Shown: positions 14,233-27,717 of the stretch, in pieces
How positions within the stretch are numbered: position 1 is the first letter of the stretch
Layout of the letters: each line of letters starts with the position of its first letter
Assembly (NCBI GenBank): GCA_964016885.1
Contig: OZ024743.1
Location: 252,898,001 to 252,962,000, forward strand
From: Eledone cirrhosa
Lineage: Eukaryota
DNA length: 64,000 nucleotides
Direction: 5' to 3'
Notes under the pieces: generated by a model
Database searches by the model: none
Told to the model about the DNA's origin: nothing
What the model saw: only the letters and a program-made list of their open reading frames with translations
Made by a program: the position numbers and the translations under genes

Positions 14233-14704
14233 ATACACATAAATATATTTATTTATTTATTAGGTGTAAATCGAAGATGTAGCTGCAATAGGCAAATACA
14301 AATCAAATTGTAAGAGGCGGTTACAAAGCACTCAATGATGCGAAAAGTTAATAAATCTCTTGCCCTGTATAAACATATAAACTTATATAAGTATGACAAT
14401 ATGAAAATATTGACTAGATGTATTAGGTCAAAGAAGGTAGATATCAATCGAATTGTTTGAGGCATATATATATGTGTGTGTGTATATATATAGTCTAACC
14501 CATGCTAGCATGGAAGATAGACGTTAAACGATTATGATGATTATATATATATATGTATATACACACACACACATATATATAAATACACACACACAGGCAA
14601 ACACACACAGATATATATATACATACACACATATAAATATACATATATATACAACATATACATATATAAATACACATATATATACCTATATATATACTTA
14701 TTAC

Positions 14705-14779
<75 letters not shown>

Positions 14780-14781
14780 CA

Positions 14782-14825
<44 letters not shown>

Positions 14826-14973
14826 TATAGGAATTCAGTACAGAATTAGCCGTCGAAACGGCTTGAGCTCAGCCGTCGGGGTCTTACTTGTTCCTATTAC
14901 CCACTCTACTACCCTAAATATTGAGTACTTTTGTGCGTTATGGTCCACCTGGTTCCTTACCACATTTCCTCCG

Positions 14974-15029
<56 letters not shown>

Positions 15030-15033
<4 letters not shown>

Positions 15034-15251
15034 CGTTTCTGAATTTGTTTAGCAAGATTCTTTATCTGAAAACGTGTGTTGAAACCGATATTGTTATACT
15101 TTGGGAGGGTCATGTTGCCAATAAGAAACACACGCACCAGCCGCTTTCACTTCAATTTATTATAATAAATTTATAAATTTATTATAATAAATTGAAGTGA
15201 AAGCAACTGCTGCGTGTGTTTCTTATTGGCAACATGACCCTCCCAAAGTAT

Positions 15252-15259
<8 letters not shown>
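15030..15259. mobile_element. Palindromic pLTR/5'-ORF fragment of a sister PLE family
   Basis: Minus strand encodes [27 protein letters not shown], homologous to [27 protein letters not shown] at 9748. 15088-15259 is a spacer-less inverted repeat. (TA)n lies on both sides. Confidence 0.8.
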
Positions 15260-15331
<72 letters not shown>

Positions 15332-15981
15332 CAGTAAAATCATGGAGGATATATACAGAAAACACGACATTCAGAAGAGTCAAGCTCATTGACAATTCCT
15401 GCTCATCAGCTGTCTTCTGTGGATAATTATAATTTTGGATACTTCCTAAGACCAGATTATTTCCCAATAGCATACAAAGATAGCTATTCAGGATGAAAGC
15501 ACAACAGACATTAGGCAAAAAGAAAACCATAATATCTATATACAGATATTGGATAGGAAAGTTGTTTCAATCTGATACAACATGCAACAGTTTGTAGGGA
15601 AGAGACATGGAGAAGTGGACAGACACGGTCAGTGATCAAAACCCAAAAGAATGAGAGGGAGGCCTGAAGGTAAGTTGACATTTGCATCTCTTTTTCTGAT
15701 TATTGATTATAAGTTATTTCGTCAAAACTCTTTCATCACACATTCTGTGACCTCAATGATGATTTCTTCATCTTCTCTATGTCTCCTCTTCTTTCTGGTC
15801 TTATTCTATGCTACATCTTTTCTTCCTGTGGTATGTTTTTGCTCACACATGTCTTTGCATCTGTGGTCGTGTGTGTTTATATGTTTGGCAAGTGTATGTG
15901 TGCCTTGACGAATCAAATAAGAAAAAAAGAAAAATAGATCCTTAAATATATTTTGCATGCTATTTCAGACTCCACTTATTA

Positions 15982-16012
<31 letters not shown>

Positions 16013-16014
16013 TA

Positions 16015-16192
16015 TGTGGAGGCACGTGGCCTAGTGGTAAGAGTGTTGATCATAATGTTGTGGGTACGATTCCTGGGCTGTGTGTTGTGTTCTTGAGCAA
16101 AACACTTCATTTCACATTGCTCCAGTATACTCAGCTGAAAATGAGTACCAGCAATAGCTGGAGGTTTAACCCTGCGATGGACTGGCGTCCTG
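16015..16192 (+). mobile_element. tRNA-derived SINE (type 2; 'gtgttcttgagcaaaacacttcatttcac' core)
   Basis: A box tggcctagtgg, B-box-like gtacgattcc, and a core repeated many times in the window. Confidence 0.75.
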
Positions 16193-16591
16193 TATGTTTT
16201 TAAAAATGAAATTGATATCACTTTGTGCCAACTTATTAAATTTCTTTATTTTAGCGACATTAGTTGTCGAAAGTAAGGGAGCTGTTCTATATTATGTATA
16301 TGTACGCATGTGTGTGAGTGTATGTATATATGCATATGTATGCATGTGTATGAGTGTATGAATATATGTATATGTACAGATGTGTATGAGTGTATGTATA
16401 AATGTATGCACAGTTTTTCAATGTTGATGCTCATATTTATGAGTGGTTATATGCTTGTGTGTGTGTATGTAGAAGAATAATGTATTTGAAAAAATAATGT
16501 AGAGGAATAATTTATTTGAAGGAATTCAAAACTTTCCTTCCTATTCAGTCTTTGTTCTCTCTCTCTCTCTCATACTTCCTGAATATATTTT

Positions 16592-16925
16592 TAGGAGCCC
16601 CTTTGGTCACGAATGACCATGGGATTTGAACCTCGAAAGTTCCCTTCCAAGGCACAAGTCCAGGTAGTGTTGTTTGTGAAAGACCAGCAGTTGCGCATGC
16701 ATACCAGTCACCCCTCTATATATCATTGATGTTGTCCAAGGCATAGGCAAAGGCCGAGACAGCTTGGCACCAGTGACATCACAACTCATTTCTACAGGTG
16801 AGTAACTGGAGCAATGTGAAGTAAAGTGTCTTGCTCAACAACACAATGCAAAGCCCGGTACGAGAATCGAACTCACGACCTCATGACTATAAGCCCAAAG
16901 CTCTAGCCACTAAGCCATGTGCCAT
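16592..16925 (-). mobile_element. tRNA-derived SINE (type 2)
   Basis: Reverse complement tggcttagtggctagagc...gagttcgattc...gttgagcaagacactttacttcac. Confidence 0.75.
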
Positions 16926-16990
16926 CACTCTGCATATAGTTCATCCATCTGTGGATGGCTGGAACAGGTGAAAGAGTAAAATAATATGTG

Positions 16991-17052
<62 letters not shown>

Positions 17053-17227
17053 GTGTGTGTGAGTATGTTTGTGTTGTTATATTAAGAGTACACCAAACCT
17101 GAACTACTCCGGGATCTCAAGGTCTAAATCTGGTCATGACTATGTCCTGCTGATTTCAAAAATGGATGGCATTCCTAATACCTAGATAGACAGATAGATA
17201 GATTGATTGATTGATTGATTGATAGAT

Positions 17228-20195
17228 AAATTTCTTATGCCAAAAGGGCATAAAATAAGGGGACAAATACAAATGGGGAGTTTACATTTCATGTATATGA
17301 AAATAAAACTATTAATAAAATAACAAATAACAATTGATATCCCCAATAGGGGGGGAGATGTTACACAGGGGTTGTACACACCCCGAAAAAATGTACAACC
17401 CTCATCTCCAGGAGCACCAAGTGTGAGTAATCCCTTCCTCTCTTCCTCTTTTTCCTCAACCTACAGGCTTATATAGAGAGAAGGCCCAACCACTCGGGCC
17501 ATCTTTGCCACATTCACCCACCTTTTATAAAATTTGCTGGGGTACAGCACCTCTCTCTCCATCCTGATTCTTTTTCCAAAATGATATTTAAAAAAACGAA
17601 TCAGTTGATCGGCGGAGAGAAAGGTGTCTGACCTCAGCCCTTTTAACCTTGTCCACCATATAACCTCTTTCACCATAGCCATAACACATAGGAAAACCGC
17701 CCCTCCCTCGTTTTTGAAGGAGAGTGGCGGTTTGATCGTGACAATGGACTCGGTGGTCAACCGGATTGGTCCCACCCGTGACAATAGTCGTTCTACATAG
17801 CCCCACAGGTCGGTAACGCCCGGACAGTGTACAAATGCGTGCACGACGATTTCCTCGTCGCGCATGCATCTCGGACAGATCTTTTTCGAAGGGTCCCTAC
17901 CCGGGCCCCCGTGTCTGTTGAGCTTGTCTCGAACTGGTAGAGCTCCTCGGTAGCACTGCCAGGCCAGGGACTTTTGGAAGTTGTCCATTGGTCCCGGGCG
18001 GAAGGTCCTACCGAACAGACTGGCCAGTTAGTCCTCCTCTACGCCTAGAGTTTCACCGAGCGTGTCGTCGCACTTGCTTCGGAACAACCCTCTATAGAAT
18101 GTCGAAGTGGAGTCTCCACTGATCGCCAGGTCTGTTTGCCAGAGACTGTGAGCGCCTTAGCACATTCAATGTCCCAGTCGCCCATTTTCCTCGGTCTTTG
18201 CTTGACCCAGGACTGCAGCTCGGTCAGCGAGACGAGTCGTGGAAAGGCTCGCCTCACGAACGGGGCCCACACCGGTTGTCTGGTGAGGAATACGTGGAGG
18301 TGCCGCAGCCTGAGCGCGTGTTCGCGCATCGTCAGCGACGGCATCCCAAGCCCTCCTTTTGAAGAGTGTTGGCAGCAGATGAATCTTCTCACCAAAGAGT
18401 CCGTTTCTTCCAAAGGAATTGGAAGAGCGCGCGCTCCATTTTGGTGAGCGTTTTGGCTGGACAAGCCACGACAGTCAAGCGGTAGTAGATGACGGACGCT
18501 ATAAAAGTGTTCGCCACCTCCGCTCAACCTTTCAAGGAAAGTTTGCACCCAGCCCAATTCTGGGTGAGCGCAAACACCTTGGCTGTCACCTCATTCCAGT
18601 TCTTCTCCACCTGGAGGTCCGGACCAAACCAGACCCCGATCAGCTTTACCGGTCCCTCCGTCCAGCGTCCGACGACGCCATCGGAAGGCATCGGTTTGCC
18701 TCTCCACGTTCCGAGTTGCAAACCAACGGATTTGTCCCGGTTCAGCTTCACTCCCGTGAACCTTTCGTATTCTTCCAGTAAGGTGCCGATCTCCCCGATT
18801 TGCAAGGTGCCTGACACCATTACTGTCACCTCGTCGGCGTAGGCCCACACCGCTTTTCGCAGTCCCGGTTCCAAAGGGATGCCCTGCAATAGCTCCAACT
18901 TCCGCAGTAGTGGCTCGAGAGTCAGTACTTACAGAAGGGAGGAGAGAGGGCATCCCTGTCAGATGGATCGCGTGATATGGAACGGCTCCGAGAGGTAGCC
19001 GTTCACCTTGACCCTTGAGCAGATGTTGCTGCTGTGCATTGCAGCAATCCACCCCCTGAACACGGGTCCGAAGCCTGCAGCCTCGATCACCGCATCCAGG
19101 TAACGATGATCAACCCTATCGAAAGCCTTAGACTGATCCAAGTTGATCAGAGCCCCACCGAAGCCGGGTTTAACCCTTACCCTCTCTATGATGTATCGCA
19201 TGAGGTGGAGGTTGTCGTGTATGGACCTGGTCGGGATTACGCATGTCTGCGCTTCTCCCACCAGGTTTTCGACGACAAGCGCCAACCTCTTTGCCAACAC
19301 CTTGGCCAAAACCTATAACTCTGTTTTGAGCAGAGTTATGGGCCGGAAGTTGCCTATGTCATCCCCCTTGTTCTCGCCCTTCCTGACTAACGTGATTACG
19401 CCCTTGGTCTCAGAACTAGGAATTCTCCCGTTTTGCTGCCAGTTGCAGTAGACCGCTTCCAGGAGACCGGAGAACAAGTCCGGCATTACTACGTAAAATT
19501 CATAGGGTAGACCATCGAGACCTGGAGATTTCTGTTTGCCGCATTGGCTCAGCGCGTCCCCTATCTCAGCGGCCGAAATCGGCTTTTCGCAGAACTTCGC
19601 CTCACTGTCTGAGAGTCGCGGTAGGCCATTGAGGTATGGACTGAAATCCATAGCCTCTCCCGGCGCGCCGCCCTGCCCGAACAGTTGAGCAAAGTGCCGC
19701 TGAAAGGCCGCGTACATTTGCTTCGGCTGACGTATCACCCGTCCGTCTTGGTCCTTCAAAGACCGAATCGTGGACTTGTCACTTTTCGCCTCCGTCACTC
19801 AGGCCCAGCTAACAGCTTTGGCTCCCTCGTTTTCCAGAGCACGTATTTTGCTTCTGACAACGCAGCCTTCATGCTTTGCATCGAAGAACTGGTCCAAGGC
19901 CGTTCTCGTCGCTAGCACGCTGGCTACGTTGCCACTCCTAAGTGCCTCTTCTACTTTATCTACCAGTTCCTTTTCGGGCTTATTTCTATCTAACACTAAT
20001 TCTTTACTAAAACCTATCGAGTCTAATCTAACTGCCCTCTTGAGAGAGTACCACCATCTGTTGTTGAAAATGGCCCCCGACAAGTGCTGCTTAACTAAAG
20101 TGCTAATCCGTCTAGTGTAGGCTTTGTATGTCGGTAACGACAAGTTCAGCTTCCAGTAGCCGGGTCCCTGTCTATGGGTTTTGTCAAGGTTGAGT
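17228..20195 (-). mobile_element. 5'-truncated L1/Tx1-clade LINE (degenerate ORF2: EN C-terminus, RT, C-terminal Zn motif)
   Basis: GPGYWKLN, KSPGLDGLPYEFY, NFRPITLL, DQSKAFDRVDH, QGCPLS, YADEV, CPRC..EE..VHAFVHC across ORFs 17461-20287. (GATA)n lies on both sides. Confidence 0.92.
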
Positions 20196-21327
20196 GATAG
20201 ATAGATAGATAGATAAATAGCCAGATAGATAGATAGATGTTTGTTTCTATATATTGTATATATACATATGTACAGACGGATGTACATTCATTCATATGTA
20301 CATACATGTACTTAGTGATGAGATGCTCCTAGTTAAGTCCAGCTAAGTCATTATTCAACTTAGTGTGCTAAACTCAAGCATAGTAATCATTCAAGTCCCA
20401 CACCTGACTCACTAGTACTGATGATAAATATCAAGAAGAGATGTTTTATATAGTTGTTTGCCTTGCTAGAATTAGCAGCTAACTCTTTGAAACAAGAAAG
20501 AGACACAAGTCATCTTTTCTTGGGAATGTACACTAATATATTCCCCATGCATATTCTTCTGTACATACAATGTGATCGTCTATAGCTAGTTCTTTTATAG
20601 TATATCAGAGTGAGATGACGTAGGCTGAACAACAACAACAAAGAAAGCAATAAGCATATTCTGGTTGTTGCATGATACTGAATCCTACCTTTCTAGCTGG
20701 TAAACAAGTACATTACTCAAGCAATAACATAGTAGCAACAATAGAGATGTGATTTTAACATATTTTGCTGTGAATATTTTCATAAACTCAATTAAGTATC
20801 TGTTATCTCATTTTACTCCTGAAATAACACAAACCTCCTCTGAGTTTGTCGTTAAATACTATAAAAATATAAATGAAACACCCAAATGTATCACTCAAGA
20901 AAGAATAAAGTTTAATGATATAAACACTGTGTAAGATATTATGTTAAATATCTCAACAGTTTGACATGTTACACTTGAGCAGGTTTGTTATTCTAAGTAA
21001 TCCAGTAATTATTTTATTGGATGAGAGTTGGATTGGCAGAATTGGTAGAGTGTCAGATAAAATGAAATTGCTGTATTTCTTCTGAATATTTACAATTTTA
21101 GGAGTTCAAATCTCATTCAAGTCATCTTTACTTCTTGAAGAACTCGGGTTGATTTAATCTACATTATCCTTCCTCCAAATTTGTGGCCCTTGCCTAAATT
21201 AGAAATGAATAATTATTTTATTGGTAACCTGATGCTGTGAAGTCAGATAAAATATTAAACAAATATAGTCAAAGCCTGAACTTATAATAATAGCCTTTCT
21301 AGTAGTTCCCCACACAACAATACTTAA

Positions 21328-21755
21328 CCCTTTCATTACCAGATTTCTAATAAAAGGCACAATTAGTTTAAAGTAATTTTGAATATTGAAAAATTTGGCA
21401 GGATCTAATAGTAAAACTAACTTTTTCATAATTAAGCTGTTGTTTGGGATATAACATAACAAATGTTCTTACATGAAATTATTATGAAAAGTTTTAAAAT
21501 AAATATAAGTATCTAAACAGTTAAAAGACACTGAATGCTATTTTCAAATAATTTTGAAAAAAATCAACAATTTGCAGGGTTTTAATAAAATAACTAACCT
21601 TTTCATTATCATGTTGGTGCTTGGGACATAACTTAAAGATCTTTACATAACACTATGATGGAGAGGTTGTTTTTAGCTAAATATAAACACTTTAAAGCAA
21701 ACAGCTTTGTGTTGCAGAACCAGTGGCAATTTCAGGTGGTTGGGTAGCAAACGGG
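21328..21755. mobile_element. piggyBac-type MITE
   Basis: TTAA at 21324-21327 and 21756-21759. Ends ccctttcattacc / ggtagcaaacggg form imperfect 13-bp TIRs. There is an internal degenerate direct duplication. Confidence 0.7.
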
Positions 21756-22115
21756 TTAACGTCACAATTACTTATGACAAATATCCTTTATAGTATTTCT
21801 CGTACTTTTAGTATTTTATATATTTGTTTCCATCTCCACAACCCATTCAACATTATTGAAAACCACTTTCCCAAATATTTAAAGACAAAAAAAAACAAGT
21901 ACATTCAATAAGAATACTAATAATAAAAAATCAAATAGCAAACAAATCAGAGCTGTAATATATTTCTGTTGATAAAATTCCTTGTCCAAATAGCTGTTGT
22001 TAATTTCAGACAACACACATGATTTATAAATTGATTTCTATTGAGCTACATCGTTAATTATTTCTTCTTTTCAGCCTTTTTATTTTTCAATTGTCTCCAA
22101 TATTGGAGTCAAACT

Positions 22116-22117
<2 letters not shown>

Positions 22118-22172
<55 letters not shown>

Positions 22173-22211
22173 TGCACTCACACAAGTATATATGTATATA
22201 TATGAATATAA

Positions 22212-22279
<68 letters not shown>

Positions 22280-22450
22280 ATATATATATATATATACATG
22301 TATATATATATATATATATACATGTATATATATATATATATATACATGTATATATATATATATATATATACATGTATATATATATATATATATATACATG
22401 TATATATATATATATATATACATGTATATATATATATATATATATACATG

Positions 22451-22499
<49 letters not shown>

Positions 22500-22783
22500 G
22501 TACATATATATATATGTACATATATATATGTATATATATATGTATATATATATGTACATATATATATATATATATATGTATGTATACATACATGTATATA
22601 TATATATATGCATTTATATATATATGTATATATGTACATATATATATATATATACATATATATATACGTATATATATGTATATGTGTACATATATATACA
22701 GTATATACATATATATACGTATATACATATATATATGTACCTATATATATATACATATATATATATACATACATATATATAAC

Positions 22784-22814
<31 letters not shown>

Positions 22815-22815
22815 C
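22118..22815. repeat. Long compound (TA)n / tacatgta microsatellite
   Basis: Direct reading. Source of many YI-repeat pseudo-ORFs. Confidence 0.95.
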
Positions 22816-23329
22816 AATTTCATCTCAGTTGATTTTCCTCTCACACGAAGGTTTGTGGCAGCCACAAGAAAAGACGCCAGTAAAAAATTCATATCCAGTG
22901 AAACTTCGACAAATATCATCTTTCCACACAACAGTTTCAAAGGTCAGCCATAGAAGACAAAAATATATTGAAAAAAAGCACGTATTAATAATTCATAGCT
23001 GTTAACTCAGACAATAATTTCTAAGTTTATTTCCAATATTATTAATATTCGAACATTTCTCCAACATACTTCTTCTTCGGAAGAGAAGTGTCACCATTCG
23101 ACTTTACCAAGAGGTCTGTCAACTTTGGAGATTGTAGAAAGGGAGGTGACATCAGATAACAACAAGCTGAATTTTGTTTGGATGAAGAATTGTAATTTGG
23201 TCAAGAGCCATTATAAATAAGTCTAAACTCTTCAAACTTTTAATTATAAGAAATAAGAAAGATGACAGTTTATATGATGCAAGAATATATTGTTACATTA
23301 AATTGTAATAACTGAGAAGATGATTTTAC

Positions 23330-24745
23330 AATACAATTGCGGGTATTTAAGCACATTTTCTGAGAACATTTATAGTAAGTTTCAAAAATATTGGAGGATA
23401 TTTGAGTCAATTTGAGAGAACATTTATAGTAAGATGTAGTAATATTAGTGGGTATTAGGGCTGTGGATTGGCAATATCAGTAGAGCATCGGACAACATGC
23501 TTTATGGCTTAGGGTTATGCCCCTTTATGATCTGACTTCAAATTTCACCGAGCTAAGATCATGAGAGTATTTACAGTAAATAACATTGTGAGGAGAGCAT
23601 GATTGAGCAAATATTTGCAGAGCGTTTCCAGTAGCATGCAATAATATTCAGGTGTATTTGAGCTGCAATCCAGAAAACATTTATAGTAAGAAGTAATAAT
23701 TGTTTCTACTTTAGGCACAAGGCCAGCAATTACCCTGTGCATTACTGGTACTTTATTTTATCTACCCCGTAAGGATGAAAGGCAAAGTCAACCTCGGCGG
23801 GATTTGAACTCAGATCGTAAAGGGACGTAATTATGCTGGAAAGCATGGTGTCTGACCCTCTACCGATACTGCCAATCCACCGCCTATAGTAAGATGTAAT
23901 AATACTCTGGGTTATTTGATCCAAGATTGTAATAACATATGCTATAAAATGCAATGATATTGGGAGTGATTGAGCTAAGATTTTGAGTGTTTGCAGTAAA
24001 GTATAATGTTAGTGGAGATATTTGAGCCAAGATCCTGAGAGCTTGTACAGTAACACGCATTAACATTAGTGTGTATTTGGGTGAATATTCGGCTAATTTA
24101 GGCATAAGGCCAGGGGTGGGGACAAAACTTGTTAAATCAACAACAGTAGTTGACTGGTATTTGACCAATCCTGGAAGGATAAAAGGCAAAGTAAACCTTG
24201 GCAAAATTTGAAGTCGGAACATAATGAGCCAGAACAAATACTGTTACTTGATACTTTAACGAATCTGTTAATCCATCAACCCCAGTAAGATGGGAATATT
24301 TGAGTCACGATTGTAAGAACATTTACAGAACATTGTAAAACCACTCAGAGCTGTTTGAGTCAAGGTTTTGAGAATATTTCCAGTAAGAAACAACAAAATT
24401 GCTGGATATATGAACGACAATTTTAAAAGCATTTACAGTAATGTGTAATAACATAGAGAGTGGTTGTTTGGACCAAGATTGTGATAATATTAACAGTTAA
24501 ATATTATCTTAGCGAAGACTTTGAATGCATTTTTGTTAGATAATTTTATAGTGGTGGTTATTTGAATGAATATCATGGGAACATTTACAATATACAACAA
24601 AAAGATTGGCGGATATTTGAGCTGAAATTTTGAACGCATTTAGAGTAAGGTGTAATAATATTAAAGGATATTTGAGCTAAGATTTTGAAAACATTTATAG
24701 TAAAATACAATATTGGGGGATATTTGCACCAAGATCCAGAGAGCA
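23330..24745. repeat. Degenerate ~55-bp satellite array interrupted by SINEs
   Basis: Recurrent 'gatatttgagctaagattttgagaacatttacagtaag..taata' at ~55-nt spacing. Confidence 0.75.
23695..23885 (-). mobile_element. tRNA-derived SINE (type 1, (ATT)n tail)
   Basis: Reverse complement tggcagtatcggtagag (A box), gagttcaaatcc (B box), core gactttgcctttcatcc...aaagtacc, tail ccttgtgcctaaagtagaaacaattatt. Confidence 0.85.
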
Positions 24746-24886
24746 ATGTCTGAAGATGTATGTCATCTGAGTTTCAGTATTTAAGTAAGGTAAATCATGG
24801 GAGAAGTGGTTATAACAGATGATAGATGTGTCAGCTATAAAATGGCTACATAATATTTATTCAGTGGTAAGTAATACTTACACACA

Positions 24887-24963
<77 letters not shown>

Positions 24964-25519
24964 TCACACACACATCAACAAGCTGTTTAGAGAAGCTTTC
25001 TCTGATACATCAGGTTTTAGCCATACAAGACATATGACAAGCTTAATCATTCATAATGGGATACTTTATGAGGCAATATTTTATGGACGGATAAACTTCT
25101 TGGAGCCAAGCCTATAAGTTGCTTCTCATACCATACAGGAATACTGTGTTCTTATTCTAAACTGAATACACACAAATAACTGGATATACATAAACACATA
25201 TGTTACAGATATGTGTACACTATATGTGACGAATATCAACTACAAGAGCAAGAACAAAAAATGATGACAGCTTGACAAAAATGTGCACTAGATGTGAGAA
25301 CAAAAGTATTGCAGTTGATATGATCAACTAAAACTTTGAAAGCAGTGGCCCAGCATGGCCAAAATCTACACCTAGAATAAGAGAATACAGATTATATGAG
25401 CAAAACATTGCTCTCAAACTCTTCTAGTCTTGGACAATGATGACTCACCCAGCCAAAGACATCATCGAAAGAGATAGACATAAAATTATAAGAATATATA
25501 TATAGAGAGATAGATAGAG

Positions 25520-25551
<32 letters not shown>

Positions 25552-25637
25552 ATGGAGAGTGAGATGGGAGGGAGAAAGAAAACAAGGGTAATAATTCATG
25601 AGAATAAAATTATGCCAATATTAAAGGTTAATAGCAA

Positions 25638-25842
25638 ATTCCTGAAATCAATGCTCAAATTCTAATATATACATAAAATAATGATTGTTTCTACTTTTGG
25701 CACAAGGCCAGCAGTTATTCCAGCGCATTACTGGTACTTTATTTTACCGACTTTGTAAAGATGAGAGGCAAAGTTAACCTCGGCGGGATTTGTTTATACC
25801 ATGTATTTCATTTATTTTTTCATGTGCAACTCTGCCATACAT

Positions 25843-25920
<78 letters not shown>

Positions 25921-26125
25921 ATGTATGGCAGAGTTGCACATGAAAAAATAAATGAAATACATGGTATAAACAAATCCCGCCGAGGTTAACTTTGCCTCTC
26001 ATCTTTACAAAGTCGGTAAAATAAAGTACCAGTAATGCGCTGGAATAACTGCTGGCCTTGTGCCAAAAGTAGAAACAATCATTATTTTATGTATATATTA
26101 GAATTTGAGCATTGATTTCAGGAAT
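25638..26125. repeat. Perfect 488-bp palindrome centred on (TA)n
   Basis: Arms of ~207 bp are exact reverse complements. Mirrored ORF pairs 25761-25943/25820-26002 are identical. Confidence 0.92.
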
Positions 26126-26253
26126 ATATATATATATATATACACGGAAAAAATGAAACGAAATTTCATTTCCCACTCTTAGTACGGCTGTTACTTAAAT
26201 ATAAGTATGTATACTTATATTTCAGACGTTCAATCATCTAGCAGGAAGGTATA

Positions 26254-26294
26254 CGTTGCTGACGATAGCTAATAAGCTTGAAACTAGTACAGCG
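26254..26294 (+). ncRNA. Minimal type I hammerhead ribozyme (orphan)
   Basis: cgttg-CTGACGA-t-agct(aata)agct-t-GAAA-ctag-TA-cagcg. 5-bp stem I extendable with aagg/cctt, palindromic CTAG stem III, and a U-U mismatch at the base of stem II. Confidence 0.8.
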
Positions 26295-26534
26295 TTCCTT
26301 TGTCAGTGTTGAACAAACGAACAACGATGGTTGCTAGACACTACGGCTTAATACGGGATGTTTCTTTACAAACACACTGAGCATTATAATAAATGTTCGG
26401 TGAATCAATAGGTACATATATATATATATGTGTGCATGTATGTATATATATATATATACATACTACTGTACGTCTGTATACATATACGTATGTACGTATA
26501 CATACTTATATATATATACAGTATATGGAATATA

Positions 26535-26830
26535 TAATCATCATTTTTCATTTCATTTTACGTCCGCTTCTCCCTGCTTGCAAGGGTGGGACGGGAACTG
26601 ATTCTGGCTTGATTTCTACAGCTGGATGCCCTTCCTAACACCAACCTCATTTACAGTGAGTGCTGGGTGCTTTTTTTGGCGTGGCACCTCCACGACCACT
26701 TTACAGTGGCATGATATGGACACCATTCCCTATCATCTCATTTCTACAGCTGAGTAAACTGGAGCAATGTGAAATAAAGTGTCTTGCTCAAGGAAACAAC
26801 ACATCACCCGGTCTGAGTATTGAACTCACA
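26535..26830 (-). mobile_element. SINE-type repeat with (GAT)n tail (copies also at ~28170-28360, 35795-36180, 40905-41115, 41700-41940, 41950-42270)
   Basis: Shared 'gttaggaagggcatccagctgtagaaa' and 'ggacgtaaaatgatgatg' blocks. Confidence 0.7.
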
Positions 26831-27210
26831 ATATATATATATATTCCACGCACAGCTGACTACATGTTGCATAATAGATGTTTTGCATATATACCCACGT
26901 TCAATATTATGGCTATAGACATTTCTGCAGTAAGTATTAATGAAAACAAAGTTGTATTTTGTATTTATGTATATATATTTTCTCAAGCAGGAAGAACAGA
27001 TAAAGAAATCGCAAGGGATTCAGGAAGTGAATAAGAATGTTTTTCTCTCTTTAACAAAGTCCAATATTTTGTTCATATTTTTTAATCCATGAAGTGGAAA
27101 ATAGAATGGAAATGGTAGTTCTGGAAGTTGTTTCTCTGAAACATTTGGTAATAATATTTGGCATGTAAACATTCAGGCAAATAGTGGACTCTTTGGAAGT
27201 ACTTGAAGGA

Positions 27211-27242
<32 letters not shown>

Positions 27243-27717
27243 ATGTGTGTGTGTATCATCATTTTACATCCGCTTTTCCCCATAAACGTATACAAACTTA
27301 TCCTCACACACATTGACAAAAAATAATTCCGTTACAGACCCTACAGAAAGTCACAAACACATAAATAGGCATATGCATACACACACCAATGTGAAACACA
27401 GCAACAATAAAAGACTCAGAGACATGCGCATGTACACACACACATACGCACACACAAACAGAAGTAATAATTCACACCTACCAACTTCACAGCATTGGCA
27501 CACACAACTACACTGATAACACACACTCCATTTCAGACACCACAGCCGAATGCCAGACCAGTCACCACACACCCCAACATTCTTACCAATATTTCCCAAA
27601 TTTCCATCTACCTACCTGTTCTCTCCATTTCCTGACGAAAGACTTCTGTCCAAAGCAATGAACCCTCCTCCACTTCCTCCTAAACTTAATAAAACTTTGT
27701 ATTTTAGCATCTCTGTT

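Noticed and set aside
22080-23005. Long YI-repeat ORFs (also ~14000-15500, 36100-37400, 48500-50000, 53500-55500)
   Set aside because: Translations of (TA)n/(CA)n microsatellites that lack stops, not genes.
22997-23220. Start-less ~74-codon open frame after a possible acceptor
   Set aside because: No recognisable domain or partner exons, so it cannot be supported as a host exon.
23695-23885. tRNA gene
   Set aside because: A/B boxes belong to multi-copy SINE heads, and no cloverleaf is supported.
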